A stretch of 64,000 nucleotides of DNA from Camelus ferus (taxonomy: Eukaryota): positions 81,532,001 to 81,596,000 of the forward strand of contig NC_045696.1 of assembly GCF_009834535.1 (NCBI RefSeq), in the 5' to 3' direction. The stretch's first letter is position 1. Each line of letters starts with the position of its first letter. Below are positions 1 through 11,439 of the stretch, in pieces. The position numbers and the translations under genes were made by a program. Below the pieces are notes generated by a model. That model was not told the origin of the DNA. It made no database searches and saw only the letters and a list, made by a program, of their open reading frames with translations.

Positions 1-510
1 CCGGCGCGTGACGCACCACGCTTTGGTATAAATACGAGCGGCGCGGACGCTGCGTTCTCTCATCGCGCGGCCGGCTTTCCAAGATGGCGCCGGTGAGTGT
101 GCGTGCTCTCCGCTGGACTATTTTACTCCGATATAGATGATTTTTGCAGCTCGCGAGTTGGGGGCGTCTCATTCAGATAAAGGGAGGGTGGGAATGGAGA
201 CTCAGGTCAGGAATACAACCAAAATGTTAACGTTGTAGGCATTTTTGTGGCCCCTGGCAGCTGCCATGCGGTCTGGTGGAGTTCGACCTGGGCCCGGAGT
301 TGGCTTAGGATGGGCGGCCGTGGGAGCGTGGGGAAGAAGGCACGACGGCGAACGGGGCTAGGGGACAGCATTTGGGCCGTTTCTTTTCTCTCGCGCGCGG
401 ATGCTACCCTATTTGCAGCAGAAAGCCAAATGTGTCTAATCGGGCTAGTCTAATGGCCTTGCCAGGGCGGAGGCAGAGCCGAGGCTCTCGGCTCCCGCGA
501 TAGCAGCGGT
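1..510 (+). promoter_or_regulatory. RPL22L1: CpG-island promoter/first exon region of RPL22L1
   Basis: Dense CpG. CRE-like TGACGCA at 9-15, TATAAATA at 27-34, pyrimidine TCT/TOP-like initiator TTCTCTC at 55-61 (~30 nt after TATA), YY1-like CAAGATGGCG at 80-89 overlapping the ATG. This layout is typical of ribosomal protein genes. Confidence 0.88.
84..92 (+). CDS. RPL22L1: RPL22L1 coding exon 1 (MAP)
   Basis: AAG ATG GCG CCG followed by the consensus donor GTGAGT at 93-98. Confidence 0.95.
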
Positions 511-1753
511 TACAGAAGTTTCAGAGAACTTTAAAACTGTGTTGGGGAAGAAGTTTCTTCATTACCTCGTGAAAGATAAAAGTGACGATTCTTAGGCAAA
601 TTGTAAAAGAGTGTTTCAAAGGTTTTTATTAATAAGGGAACCAGTGAGATGTAAAAGCCGGCCCAGAAAACATTTGAAATGTTAGGGTAAAATTGCTGGG
701 ATATATACAGAACTAATGTTCAATGGGACCATAAACACTCTGGGCTTATCTGTTCCACCAGACAAATTATTTGCGTTTCTTATGTTAACTAATGCCCCAA
801 CAGAACTATAAATTGACCACTAAGGCCCAACTCCTAGTAACTAGTTAACCTAGTTTCCAGTCCCAGGTTTTGGATAAATTTTGGGGGCACAAGTTATTCC
901 ACTGCCTAAGAAAGCCTCGGTAGCTGTTTGGGTGGATTTTACTTAAGTATTCTTATTCTATGGTATTGGTCTAAAAGGTTTGGGATTAGAAAACTTTAAG
1001 TTACACATATTTTTCAAATTAAAATTACTGTCAGACCTCTCCTGCCTTTCCCTCACCCATAGCAGCATAAGAAGTGAATTCTGTAGACATAAGTGGGTGA
1101 AATATCCTGTTCTGGCGTGTGATTGAGCTTGGACTAAGTGGTGCACTACCTGTTTCCCGTCTGCAGTGGGGATGGCAGTAGTGAAGCAGTTAAACAGTAC
1201 CTGGTAATTTAAAATTGAATATTCGTGGTATGGAAAATAATAAAAGCCCACAAAACTTTTCTTGATAACTCAAACACAGTGGGCCTGGTTAGAGGTTCAC
1301 ACCATCCCTGGTGGGTATTTTTTAGGTTTAACTTGTAGTAGAAAGTAGGCTGATCCTTTTAATCTTTTCCAGTTGCAAAAATAGGGTTTGGAGAATCTTC
1401 TGATGAAGGAAACTAAGTAGCTCACTATATACGTCGAACTTAATCTTGAGTTTTGTGCTTGTGAGACACTTGTATGACGAACAGGGAAAATTTCCATAGG
1501 AGTTCACGAAACTTGGTTTTTAACCAAGTTGATGAGAGTACTCCCCTTCAGACAGCCTGGTTGAAAAAAAGGGTATATCCAGTAGATACTAAAGCACTTT
1601 TTTTTTTTTAGAACCTTACACTACTTTATATATACAAACACACACACATCGCCTCACAACATGTTGTACATTATTGCACTGATACAGATTTTTTATTTTG
1701 TATGTAAAGTGAATAAATTATTGTAGAGAGTCATAATTATTAACTTTCTGTAG

Positions 1754-1846
1754 AAGAAAGACAAGAAGCCTAAGAAGTCAACCTGGAAGTTTAATTTGGA
1801 CCTTACTCATCCAGTAGAAGATGGAATTTTTGATTCTGGAAATTTT
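1754..1846 (+). CDS. RPL22L1: RPL22L1 coding exon 2 (KKDKKPKKSTWKFNLDLTHPVEDGIFDSGNF)
   Basis: Acceptor ttctgTAG at 1751-1753 and donor GTAAGT at 1847. The 93-nt translation matches the eL22 N-terminal motif F-x-(L/I)-D-x-T-H-P-V-E-D-G-I. Confidence 0.97.
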
Positions 1847-1947
1847 GTAAGTATCACTTCAGTCAGTTTGTTTTTATCATTATAGTAAAGTTCTTAATGA
1901 TGAATTAAGTATGTAATATTTGATTTTAACCTAAGCTCTATTCCTAG

Positions 1948-2014
1948 GGTACCTTCCCTAGTGAATATCTAGGGTTTTCTTCCCTAGTGTGGCACTTTTT
2001 CTTTTTAAAAATAG
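1948..2014 (+). other. RPL22L1: Alternative 67-nt 5' extension of RPL22L1 exon 3 (unproductive 'b'-type isoform)
   Basis: Acceptor ctattccTAG at 1945-1947 with a branch-like TTTTAAC at 1924-1930. Its use shifts the frame to [27 protein letters not shown] and stops at TGA 2029-2031. An upstream alternative 3' splice site of exon 3 is known in human RPL22L1. Confidence 0.75.
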
Positions 2015-2136
2015 GAACAGTTTCTACGTGAGAAGGTTAAAGTGAACGGAAAAACTGGAAATCTTGGGAATGTTGTTCACATTGAACGCTTCAAGAATAA
2101 AATAACAGTTGTTTCTGAGAAACAATTCTCTAAAAG
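2015..2136 (+). CDS. RPL22L1: RPL22L1 coding exon 3 ([40 protein letters not shown] + first 2 nt of R)
   Basis: Acceptor AATAG ending at 2014, donor GTTGGT at 2137, 122 nt. Contains the eL22 motif [10 protein letters not shown]. Confidence 0.97.
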
Positions 2137-2579
2137 GTTGGTATTCGTTTTCCATGATTTTTTTGAAATGAAACTAATTGCGGAATATTTATAGAATATG
2201 TAATGTAGTATTCTCTGTTCACATGCAAAAACAGGTATGTTGTTAATGAGGTCAGTGAGATGTCAGAAGTACTTTGAACTTATTAAAGGCTGTATGAAAG
2301 GAAGATACATTCAGTAACAGTGCCAGTTACTTAGGCTGATTGTCAGTAAGTGATTTATTGCTGGAATATAGGCAAGTTATGTCCAGGGCTCCTGTCCAGT
2401 GAATTAGAGGCCCTGTAATCAAATTGTACGTAAACTTTAACAATGTTGCATGCTTTGATACTAGAATATGTTTCCAGAAACTTGTCTATTGTGTCAGAGG
2501 GGAGTGATGTGCCAGCTTTCTTAGTTTTGGCCATCTAGTACAGATAACCACTAATGTTAGTCTTGCTACCAGTTTCTGT

Positions 2580-3250
2580 TCATGCAATTTGCTTGACAGA
2601 TATTAAATACTTGACACATGGCAGCACTGTTGCAAGACTGAGCAGCCTAGCAGTGAACCAAGCAGACTAAGGACCCACCACCAAGGAGCTTAAATTCTAG
2701 TGGAGAAGAGATGAAATGCAATATTAAATACTTAACAAGTGCATAAAGTGGGCAGAAAATTTCATCTAAATGAAATGCAACAGTGAGCCATGCAAATTAA
2801 AGAATTGATCATTATGGCTGAAAAAGTTTGGTAGTGGAAACTGAAAACTTAGACTGTTGCAGTAAGAGATGATGGTAGCTTGGACTAAGGTGGTAGCAAG
2901 CAGTGCATGTTAGCTGTGGTCGTGAGTTAATCACTAGGGATTTGGAGATGAAGTATCTGTCCTCAAGGATCATATAGACATGTGGATAGTTGTTACACAT
3001 GCAATTCGGTAATTGCTGTATCTTTGTCATAGGGCACAAGGATTTTCAGAGAAGCTGAGGATAAGCTTAGTGTTGCCAGTGGAATGGGGTATTTCTAGCA
3101 GAGGGAGTGGCACTGACAGCAAGAGGCAGGGAGGTTTGAGAGGAATGCTTGGTAGTTCAGATGGGAATGAGGCTAGGGGAGCTGATCATGGTGGAGGGAA
3201 TGTTGACATTTTAGTACAAGATATTTGAAGAATGAGAACTGTATGTTAAT
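2580..3250. mobile_element. Degraded L2 LINE fragments in RPL22L1 intron 3
   Basis: L2-like motifs such as caaggagcttaaattctagtggagaaga and gagatgatggtagcttggactaaggtggtag. Boundaries approximate. Confidence 0.55.
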
Positions 3251-3559
3251 TTTTTTTAATGTAGCAGTAAGACTGAAAAGGAAGGTACTATTACTGCTCT
3301 CCTGCATGGGTCTCCAACATAAAGTTTATTTGGGGGGTGGGAGGTAAAGGGTTTGTGGGGCATAAACTGGTTCTAATTGAGGTTGAGATGCTCCCTTACT
3401 GTATTCCTAGCAACCTTGCACAATGCTTAATACAAATGAAAGAAAATATTGTGGAGGGAACTGGGAACACACAAGATGAATATGACAATGCATGTCTTAA
3501 ATAATAAGCCTTTACATAGTAGATACTATGTTTTATGAAATTCATGTTTTTTTTTAAAG

Positions 3560-3704
3560 GTATTTGAAGTATCTAACCAAGAAATACCTTAAGAAGAACA
3601 ATCTTCGTGATTGGCTTCGTGTGGTTGCATCTGACAAGGAGACTTACGAACTTCGTTATTTCCAGATTAGTCAAGATGAAGATGGATCTGAGTCTGAGGA
3701 TTAG
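3560..3704 (+). CDS. RPL22L1: RPL22L1 coding exon 4 ([48 protein letters not shown])
   Basis: T-tract plus AAAG acceptor ending at 3559 and TAG stop at 3702-3704. The spliced CDS is 122 aa, the length of human RPL22L1, with the [14 protein letters not shown] signature and an acidic tail. Confidence 0.97.
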
Positions 3705-3736
3705 GTGAAGCCACCCATTATAGGGCTTTGCTTGCT

Positions 3737-3742
3737 AATAAA
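3737..3742 (+). terminator. RPL22L1: Polyadenylation signal AATAAA (proximal); a second AATAAA lies at 4007-4012
   Basis: AATAAA 33 nt after the stop codon. Short 3' UTRs are typical of ribosomal protein mRNAs. Which signal is used cannot be read from sequence. Confidence 0.6.
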
Positions 3743-5254
3743 ACAAGTGACATATGTACAAGAGGAAAAGACATCTAGAAATTGACCTTTGGTTTATCAG
3801 TGAATGAAAAGCATTGTACTCTGTTAAGCATTCAATTTAAGTATATACTGTTTACATGGTGCTAGCTTTCCTTTAATATTTTCTATAAGCAATATTTAAA
3901 TAGCTAAGTGGAATTTCCCCCAGGATTTCTGAACTGTATTGCTTTTTAAAATGTACCAGTATAGTATAGGAAAAAATGAAGCACAATTTGGGGCATAACT
4001 TTATATAATAAAATATTTAAAATTCTCGTGACAGTCTCAAATACCTTTGTACAGTTTGTAACTGCAGTCCTGAGTGCCTTGAACAGTTCTTGCACATAGG
4101 TGTTCAGTATTAAATCGCTCCTGCACTTTACTTCATAGGAGCAACTTTTCTAATTAGCATAAAGGTTCTGAGTTGAGCATGGTACTGGTGTAAGCAAGTG
4201 TTTGATTGCCTATTAGAGATCTCCATCCAAATGCCTTGTAGGCACTAGAAACTCAAAACTTACATCTGTACTCTTCCGTGGTTCTTGTGTGAAAAATTGA
4301 AGTTTACTCAGACGGTTCAAATCTTCATGCAACTCCACTGCACTGATCATTATAAAAATGTTGGTCTTCAGTTGCTTAAAACTTAGCAGTGGATAGACTC
4401 TCCCAAATCAAGTGACCTTAGAGAGCTGTTTAACGCTGACGCCCACTGTGGATTGGGTATGTTTCCTGCAGGGCCCAAATGCACGTTTCACCACAGTGTG
4501 AGGCTCTAATCATATATGTGCTCATAGTTAATCTGTCTTTCCCAGTATAATTGGAATTGTTCTAAACAATTTCTTATTTTCAAGACAAGCTAGAAAAAAG
4601 TTTAAAAAGACAGGAACATACTGTCCTAGTTGTCCCAAAACACCACAGCTTTGTATAAATTCTTGGTGAATATCATAAGAAAGCAACATAATCTTACATA
4701 ATTTTGTTAAAAAGAAAATATTTTTGTGTATATACTTATGTTATTATTAAGTGTATTACAAATGAAAACTGTTGCAAATTACTTGTAAAAACCTGCATAA
4801 TTGGATGAAGGAAAGCATCACCCATCTGGGTGACAGGGCCCCTGAGAAAACACCCCAGGTTTGGGTGACGTGGCAATCAACGTGTTAAGCAGAATGGTTT
4901 GTCAAAATCCAAATTGCAGGAGAGGAGAGAATAATGGGAAGGGGTATTAGCCGTATCAGTTTGGTTTTCCAGTGCCAAGTTATGTGCCTTTTTCTACTTT
5001 TAAGGTGAAGGTGGTGTTAGTACCTCAGGTACTTAAATGGGCCCTGGGCCCTGATACCAATGGAATCATTGCCATATAGGTCTTGACTATTACACCCTAA
5101 TACTGATTGATATAATTGGTTTGGGAATGTTTCAGGAATTTTATTTCCCTTATTAAGAGCTTGTTTAAGTACTCCCCAGAATTGATGCACAGCAGGCCTT
5201 ACCTTAACTCTGCGTGCTCTTTGAATTGTTCGTGTTTTCCACCAATAGTTACAA

Positions 5255-6010
5255 ACATCCAACTGTGCTTGTTCTGTTGAGCATTGTGGGTGCAGTGGAA
5301 TAAAAACTGTTTCCTGGTATGGTGAGGGAAACACCAAATAATTACATAAAATCTTAAGTACAACAAAGGAGGGGCTATTTAAAAGGAATTTGATGCAGTC
5401 AAGGAAGGCAACTGAGGAAGTGTTTGAGCTGACCTAGGATAGGTAATCTCTGGGTAAAGAGAACGGTGTTCCAGGCAGAGGGAACAGCATAGATCAAATT
5501 CTCAGAACGTCGGGAATCTGGTTGCTATACACTGCATCTGAAATAAAGTGATTGGTTTATAAGAAGAACCTGGAAAAGCAAGTAGAAACTAGCCCATGCA
5601 GGGCAGAAGTTGATGCTTTTAATCTTGAGAGCAGTGGAAGGCTACTGAATTTCAAGTGCCTTGAGGGTGGTGAGATGCAATGAGGAGTGCATTTTGAAAA
5701 AGATCAGTGGCTGCATTACGACGAATGGTTTCCAGTGGCAGTCACTGGATTCAAGGAGACAGGAGGCCATGGCAGTATCCTGTGGATAGCGGTAGTCAGG
5801 ACTGAGATGGTGGAGATGGAAGAAGTAGGTAGATTTTAGAGATTCTTGTAGAGGATAAAGTTTGTGGGACTTGGTGATGAACATTGGTGGTAAGGGAGAA
5901 GTGTCAAGGGTGACATACAGTGGGCTTAGAAGGTGGCGTTTGCTGAGTTGGGTAACAAGGGAAGAAGGCAAGAGTAGGAGGAAAGTTCAATTTAGGCCAC
6001 GTTAGTTGCT
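5255..6010. mobile_element. Degraded L2 LINE
   Basis: ccaggcagagggaacagcat, ttttgaaaaagatcagtggctgc and gatggtggagatggaagaagtaggtagattttagaga are typical L2 segments. Confidence 0.6.
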
Positions 6011-6439
6011 TCCCCCACCTCTGCCCACTGTGTTTCCTGTGAATTGATAGATCCATAAGCTTGATCAAATATTAGATTGAAATTTAATTTGGTGGGGGCT
6101 AGAATACTTACAGGTGTCACTGTGCACATCTGTTAAGAGGTAGGATGTTTGGTTTTCTCTTTTGTCACATTCGTACCACTGATGACAACTGCCTGGATTC
6201 ACTGTTTCCTTGAAGCTTCCTGAATGATAATACTCTATCATTCTAAAATTTATGGACTGAAATGGCCTAAAAGAGGTGCTGCTCTTAATCAACCCTGACT
6301 GAGGTACAGCTCCTGTAAGAAAGATAAGTGCTTGCTTATTTTCTCTTGTGTATTACTTTTAAAGTTGATTCCCGAGCAGGTATCCTCTAAAGGTGATCAG
6401 TGAGAAGTTCTGTTTCTTTGTTTTTTGGTTTTGTTTTGT

Positions 6440-8270
6440 CTTAGTATCTGAAGCCATGCTGTAAAAGTATTCAGTATGTCCTAATCCATTGCGATTACTT
6501 TTATTGACTCAAATGGTCCCATCTTTGACCAATGAGAGCCTCTTCAGTTTGGCTCCTGAGTTTCTTTGACGTGACCTCGCTAGTGCTTTATTGTTTCCTT
6601 GGTTCCTGATATAAGTTGTTCCAGGCACTTCCAAATTTCCTTCCCCAGATCTGGAATCACCCATTTTTCCAAAGAGCCCTGGATCACCTTCTAGGTGCTA
6701 GACGCGCTCATTGTTACTGGGATGGTCATTGTTTTTAGATCTTTTCAGTGAACAGAGCAAGGAAATACATACATTTTTGTTTTTCAAGGGAAAACACTTA
6801 ATGAGTTTATCAGTATAATTCAATTCAAATTTAGGATGACAGGGTTTTTACATCATCTGTTGTGTAGACATACTTGCTTTTTTCCATGCTGAAAATGTCA
6901 ATGACACCAACATAAATACTCATTTGCTTGCCTCATGGACCACACATAATAGTCTCAAAAAAGCAAAACCAGCATTGCTACCTACAATACAATGACTCTG
7001 CAGATTGTTTCACAGCTCTTTTTGTCCTGATGGTGTATCCTACTAGGAATGAACGAAGTCGTGTGTTTTACAAGTCACTGGAAGTGACTCATCTCTCTAT
7101 GGTTTTGGCACAAACCTGACGCACAGGTTTATTTGTTTCATTTTACTTCTGATTTTTTTTTTTAAGTTTGCTTAAAATCTTTTTGTGTTTTATAATTCTG
7201 TGAAATATTTACAAGGTTCCACAAGTCCAAAACAAGTATGCTTAAAGTCTAGCTCCTGTATTAGTCCCCTCCATTCTGTTTCCTCCCTTCCCCTGCAGTT
7301 AGCCATTTAAAAAGAATATCATGGTTTATCCATCCATTTTTTTTAAAAGATATACACCATTAGTTAAATGATAGTAGCTTACTGGACTCACTTTTCTCCA
7401 CACTACTTTTTTTCACTTAATAATATCCTGGAGCCCTCACTCCCAAGTGGGTGTACTGTACTTTAGTCACCCAGTTCCCTACTGATGGGCACTCGAGTTG
7501 TTTCCAAGCTTTCACTACTATAAATAGTGCTGCAATTAAAAGCCTCATGCACGTGTATTTTCAAGTTTTTGCCGGTAAATCTTTGGAGTAGATTCTCAGA
7601 AGTGAGACTCCTAGGTCAAAAGATAAATCAATGTATAATTTCACTATATATTGTCAAATTTCCCTCCATGAGGGTTCTACCATTTTACCTTCCCATCAGC
7701 ACCATGAAAATGTCCATTTCCCCATGGACTCACCAACAGATTGTACTGTCCAATTTGGGTATTTTTGCTTGATAAAACATTGTTTCAGGATACTTTGCAT
7801 TTCTCTTATGAGTGAGGTTAAGTATCACTAATAAAGACCACTTGCTTTTCCTTTTCTGTGGGCTGCCTGTTTGTATCTCTAGGATATATATGGGATTCCT
7901 GGTCTTTTTATTTTTCATTTTTAGAAGCTCCCTCTATATTAAGGCTATTAAGCTCTTGTCTGTGATGTAAGTTGCAAATTTTCTTTTTAATTTGAATTTG
8001 TCTTTTCCCCATATTTATGGTATTTTTTGTCTTGTTGAAGTATTATTTAATGCAGTTAAATCTATTAATCTTCCTTATTGCTTCAGAATTTTTAGTCATG
8101 GTTAGAAAAGTTTTCCCTATTTCCAGGTTATTGAAGAATTCATTCATGTTTTCTCCTAGTGCTTGTATGGTTTCATTTTTTAAATTTAGGTCTCTATTTA
8201 GAATTTATCCTGGTTTACAATTGGAGAAGTAGATCTAATTTTACCTCTCTTTTTTTCCCATGTGGCTACA
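6440..8270 (-). mobile_element. Ancient L1 (L1M-type) fragments
   Basis: Antisense L1 3'/ORF2 motifs: gatgggcactcgagttgtttccaag, ccattttaccttcccatcagca, tttgcatttctcttatgagtgagg. Confidence 0.65.
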
Positions 8271-9149
8271 TACTTACACCATTACTGCTGATTAGAAAGT
8301 GCTCAGGAATTGATTAGCATTAATTTTCCTACTTGTCTGGAAATCCTTATTTGTGACTATGCTGCCACTCTTTTACAAGCTGGATGATTAAAATGCTAGA
8401 AAGGCCTCTTTAAAATAATGTGTTGCAGTTTAGAAGGGAACTTGTCTTTGGATCCTTCAGCAGCCCTGTGTGGCAGAATGTTATCTTGCCCATTTTGCAC
8501 AGGAGCAAACTGGGTCTCAGACACCTGGCTTTCCCAGGATCACACCATCCTTCTACCTCTCAGTGCTCACCCAGTGCCCCTCCTGCCCTAGGCCTGTGCC
8601 ACTTCTTCGCCACACAGGGCTGTGGTCAGGCTGTGGTGCAGTGGAGGAACACGAATAATCTGGGGGTCACAAGTCCTGCCTCTGCTGCCTGCTAGCTGTG
8701 TGACCTTGACGCACTTTACCTCCTGGGCCTCACTTTCCTCATCTGTATGCAAATAAGTGGTTGGAAATAGGTCAGTGTTTGTCAGACTCCAGTAAGGCCT
8801 GCCTCCCTTTGATAGACACACCTCATGTTTCCCTGCCCCAGTTCTGTTTGCTCTCCCCGTGACACGACTGATGCACAAATATCCTCACCAAGAGAACCAA
8901 GGGCTTTTGGGGTTCCCATCCCAAGATGCAACAGAGTAAGGTTCTTCTTTAACTTTTCCAAATATGAACTTACAATGTTGAATACATTTTTTAAGACACA
9001 CAAGCTCCTTGAGATATGTGCCCCACCCCCCACCTCCACCCCTTAAGGAGGCACTAAAGCTTTTTGCTGCCTCAGAGTTCAGTGAGTCAAAGAACCAGAC
9101 TGGGGATCAGGGATCTGCTATCTCAGTTTTGATTGATGGTCGATAGATA

Positions 9150-9173
9150 GACACAGACACAGACACACACACA

Positions 9174-9210
<37 letters not shown>
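9150..9210. repeat. Compound (ACACAG)n/(AC)n microsatellite
   Basis: Directly visible. Confidence 0.95.
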
Positions 9211-9212
<2 letters not shown>

Positions 9213-10652
9213 ATTTTGTTCTCCCAAGGGAGGGAACCAGTAATACAACTGCTCTTTCCCTACCTCTCTGAGGCAGGATGGTGTGAACTGTGCAGATCCC
9301 ACACATCTCGCACGTGTGCAGCCTTTGATTTCTGTTCTTCCAGGCCCCGCCCTCAGAGCCGTACTCTCAGGAGTACCGTGTCCTCTGTACTCAAGGAGCT
9401 CACAGTTCTAATGGGGAAAGCAAGTTTACAGTTTCAGGTTAGTGTGATTAGTGCCACATAGACACATCACAAGGTGCTTTGGGAGCACCTATACCGTAAC
9501 GCGTGGGAAAGGGAGTCCAGGAGAGCCTTCTGGAAAAGGTGGCTGACTCTGCTGTCTTTAAGGAAGAGTGGGGATTGACGGAGCAAGGAAAGAGGAAGGG
9601 ATTCTAGACTGAGAATTATGGTGATGGTGGCTACTGCCCGTGGAGGGCCTTCTATTTCAGTCTTTACTGAATATTTCATTTGACCTCTACAGCCATCCTT
9701 CACGTTGCTTTTATTTCCCTTTTACAAGTCAGAAAACCAAAGGCTTAGAGTGCTAAACTGTCTCGCTGTGGCCGCACAGCTAATAAAGTCCATGTCTATG
9801 ACTCTGCTCACTCTCTGTAAATGCCCTAGTGTAAAGTGTTTCTCAGCTTCTCTCTGCCAGGCAGCCCTTTGTCACAGTGATGCACGTTCAACTGCCTCCT
9901 TTCAGCTTCTTAGGGAAACCAGTGTTGTGTTTTGTTTTGCCTTGTTTTGTTCTACTGCTTGAGACCCACAAACTGGCTTAATAGGTACATAACTTTGTTG
10001 TAATAAAGTTAATCATGAGAGCTGGCCCACTGCTTTCTAGAAGCAGCATGGAAGTTTCCATACTTCATCACTCCTATACTTTTCATTTAGGCATGAAACA
10101 AGCTTTTACGATGGAACGTTTTCTCTTCCTTTTCAGCTGAGGTCCCAAAAACTGTGAACAAAATTAAAGGTGACAAATTTCCCCACTTTCCAAAGTAAGG
10201 AGTTTACAATCTCTGTGGAGCTTGCAAAGGAGGTGCATAGGTTCCAGTTCTAAGCCTTAGTTTACTACCTGCTTCTAGGACATATGAGGAGTTGAAGACT
10301 TCTGGGTGTTTTTGACTCATCCTCAAGAAATTAAGGCCCAAGGCGGTGGCTGGAGCAGTTTACCTACATCAAGGCAATGAAAGATGCATGTCCACATATG
10401 TAAGGGTGTTTCTCCTGGACCAGATGTGGTCCATGAAGAAGGACCCGGCCAGGATAAGTTTGTGTCCCCTTAAGAGGACTACTTGGGAGAGAGATGGGAC
10501 CCCAAATAAGAGGAATCTGCATAGAATGAACTACCAAGTATGCAGAGGCTACAAGTGGTAAGTGAAAATTCCAAGGCAAGGCACTACCCATGTCACAAGT
10601 GTGGCAGATTAAGATTCTCACTGATAAATCTTTGAGAAGTTCAGATATGTAT

Positions 10653-10985
10653 TGTCGACTGAAAGAGAAACACACAACATGAAAGTTGTGAGTTAAGTTT
10701 TATTCCTGGACCTTACTGGGGAGTATAGCCCAGAAGATAGCCTCTCAAATAGCTCTGAGGAACTGCTCCAAAGAGGTGAGGGAGGAGCCAGGATATATTT
10801 GAGGATTTTTGCTTGGAAAAAAACATGTAGTCGAACGTCAAAAGATCACTGCTGATCACAGAGCAAACGTCTCAAGTTAATGATTTTAATGCTTTTCCAC
10901 GAATGGGAAGATACAAGACTTGGGGTTCATTGAAGTTATTCCTTAGATATGCATCTTAGCTATCTAGGGCCAGAATACCAAAGCA
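10653..10985 (-). mobile_element. Partial ERV1-type LTR, same family as 33163-33622
   Basis: Starts TGTCGACTGAAA, the reverse complement of the LTR end TTTCAGCAGACA at 33611-33622. Shares internal blocks with that copy in antisense (ctctgaggaactgctccaaagagg, tctcaagttaa). Confidence 0.75.
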
Positions 10986-11439
10986 TTATCCTTCAAGATA
11001 AAGAATAAGGCTTGAACTTCCCTGTCCAGAGAGGCATACCACCAAACCGTTGCTCTTAGGTCAGACTTTTCTGCCCTTACCCTTTCTCGGCCAGCCCCTC
11101 CGCTTCCAGCCCTCCTTGGAGGAGCCAGGGCAGCTACTGAAGTTGGAGGAGGGGCACACTTGGAATTTTCTGGCACACAAACTAATGCTACCACCTTTTT
11201 CTTTTTGCTTAAGCTGCACAACAGGCATTCTAACACTTGGATAGAATTTTTGGTTTACTTGTTTTCCTCCCTCACTAGACTGTGACTATCTCGAGGTCAG
11301 ATTTATTTCTGTGTGTCTTTCTGTGTTAACAAAACCATATAACTACAAAAGAATCCAAAGCCAGATAACTGACAGTAACTTTCCTTCATAAATGTGGAAG
11401 GATCAGCCAAGGATGACCCAAAATGAATAAAACATCAAC

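Noticed and set aside
1805..1842. Exon 2 hairpin (TCCAG...CTGGA) as an RPL22-binding element
   Set aside because: An exon 2 hairpin has been proposed in mouse, but I could not define a stable fold with confidence from sequence alone.
93..3559. Intronic snoRNA in a ribosomal protein gene
   Set aside because: I found no convincing C/D (RUGAUGA...CUGA with terminal stem) or H/ACA structure by eye. An Infernal/Rfam scan would be needed to exclude one.
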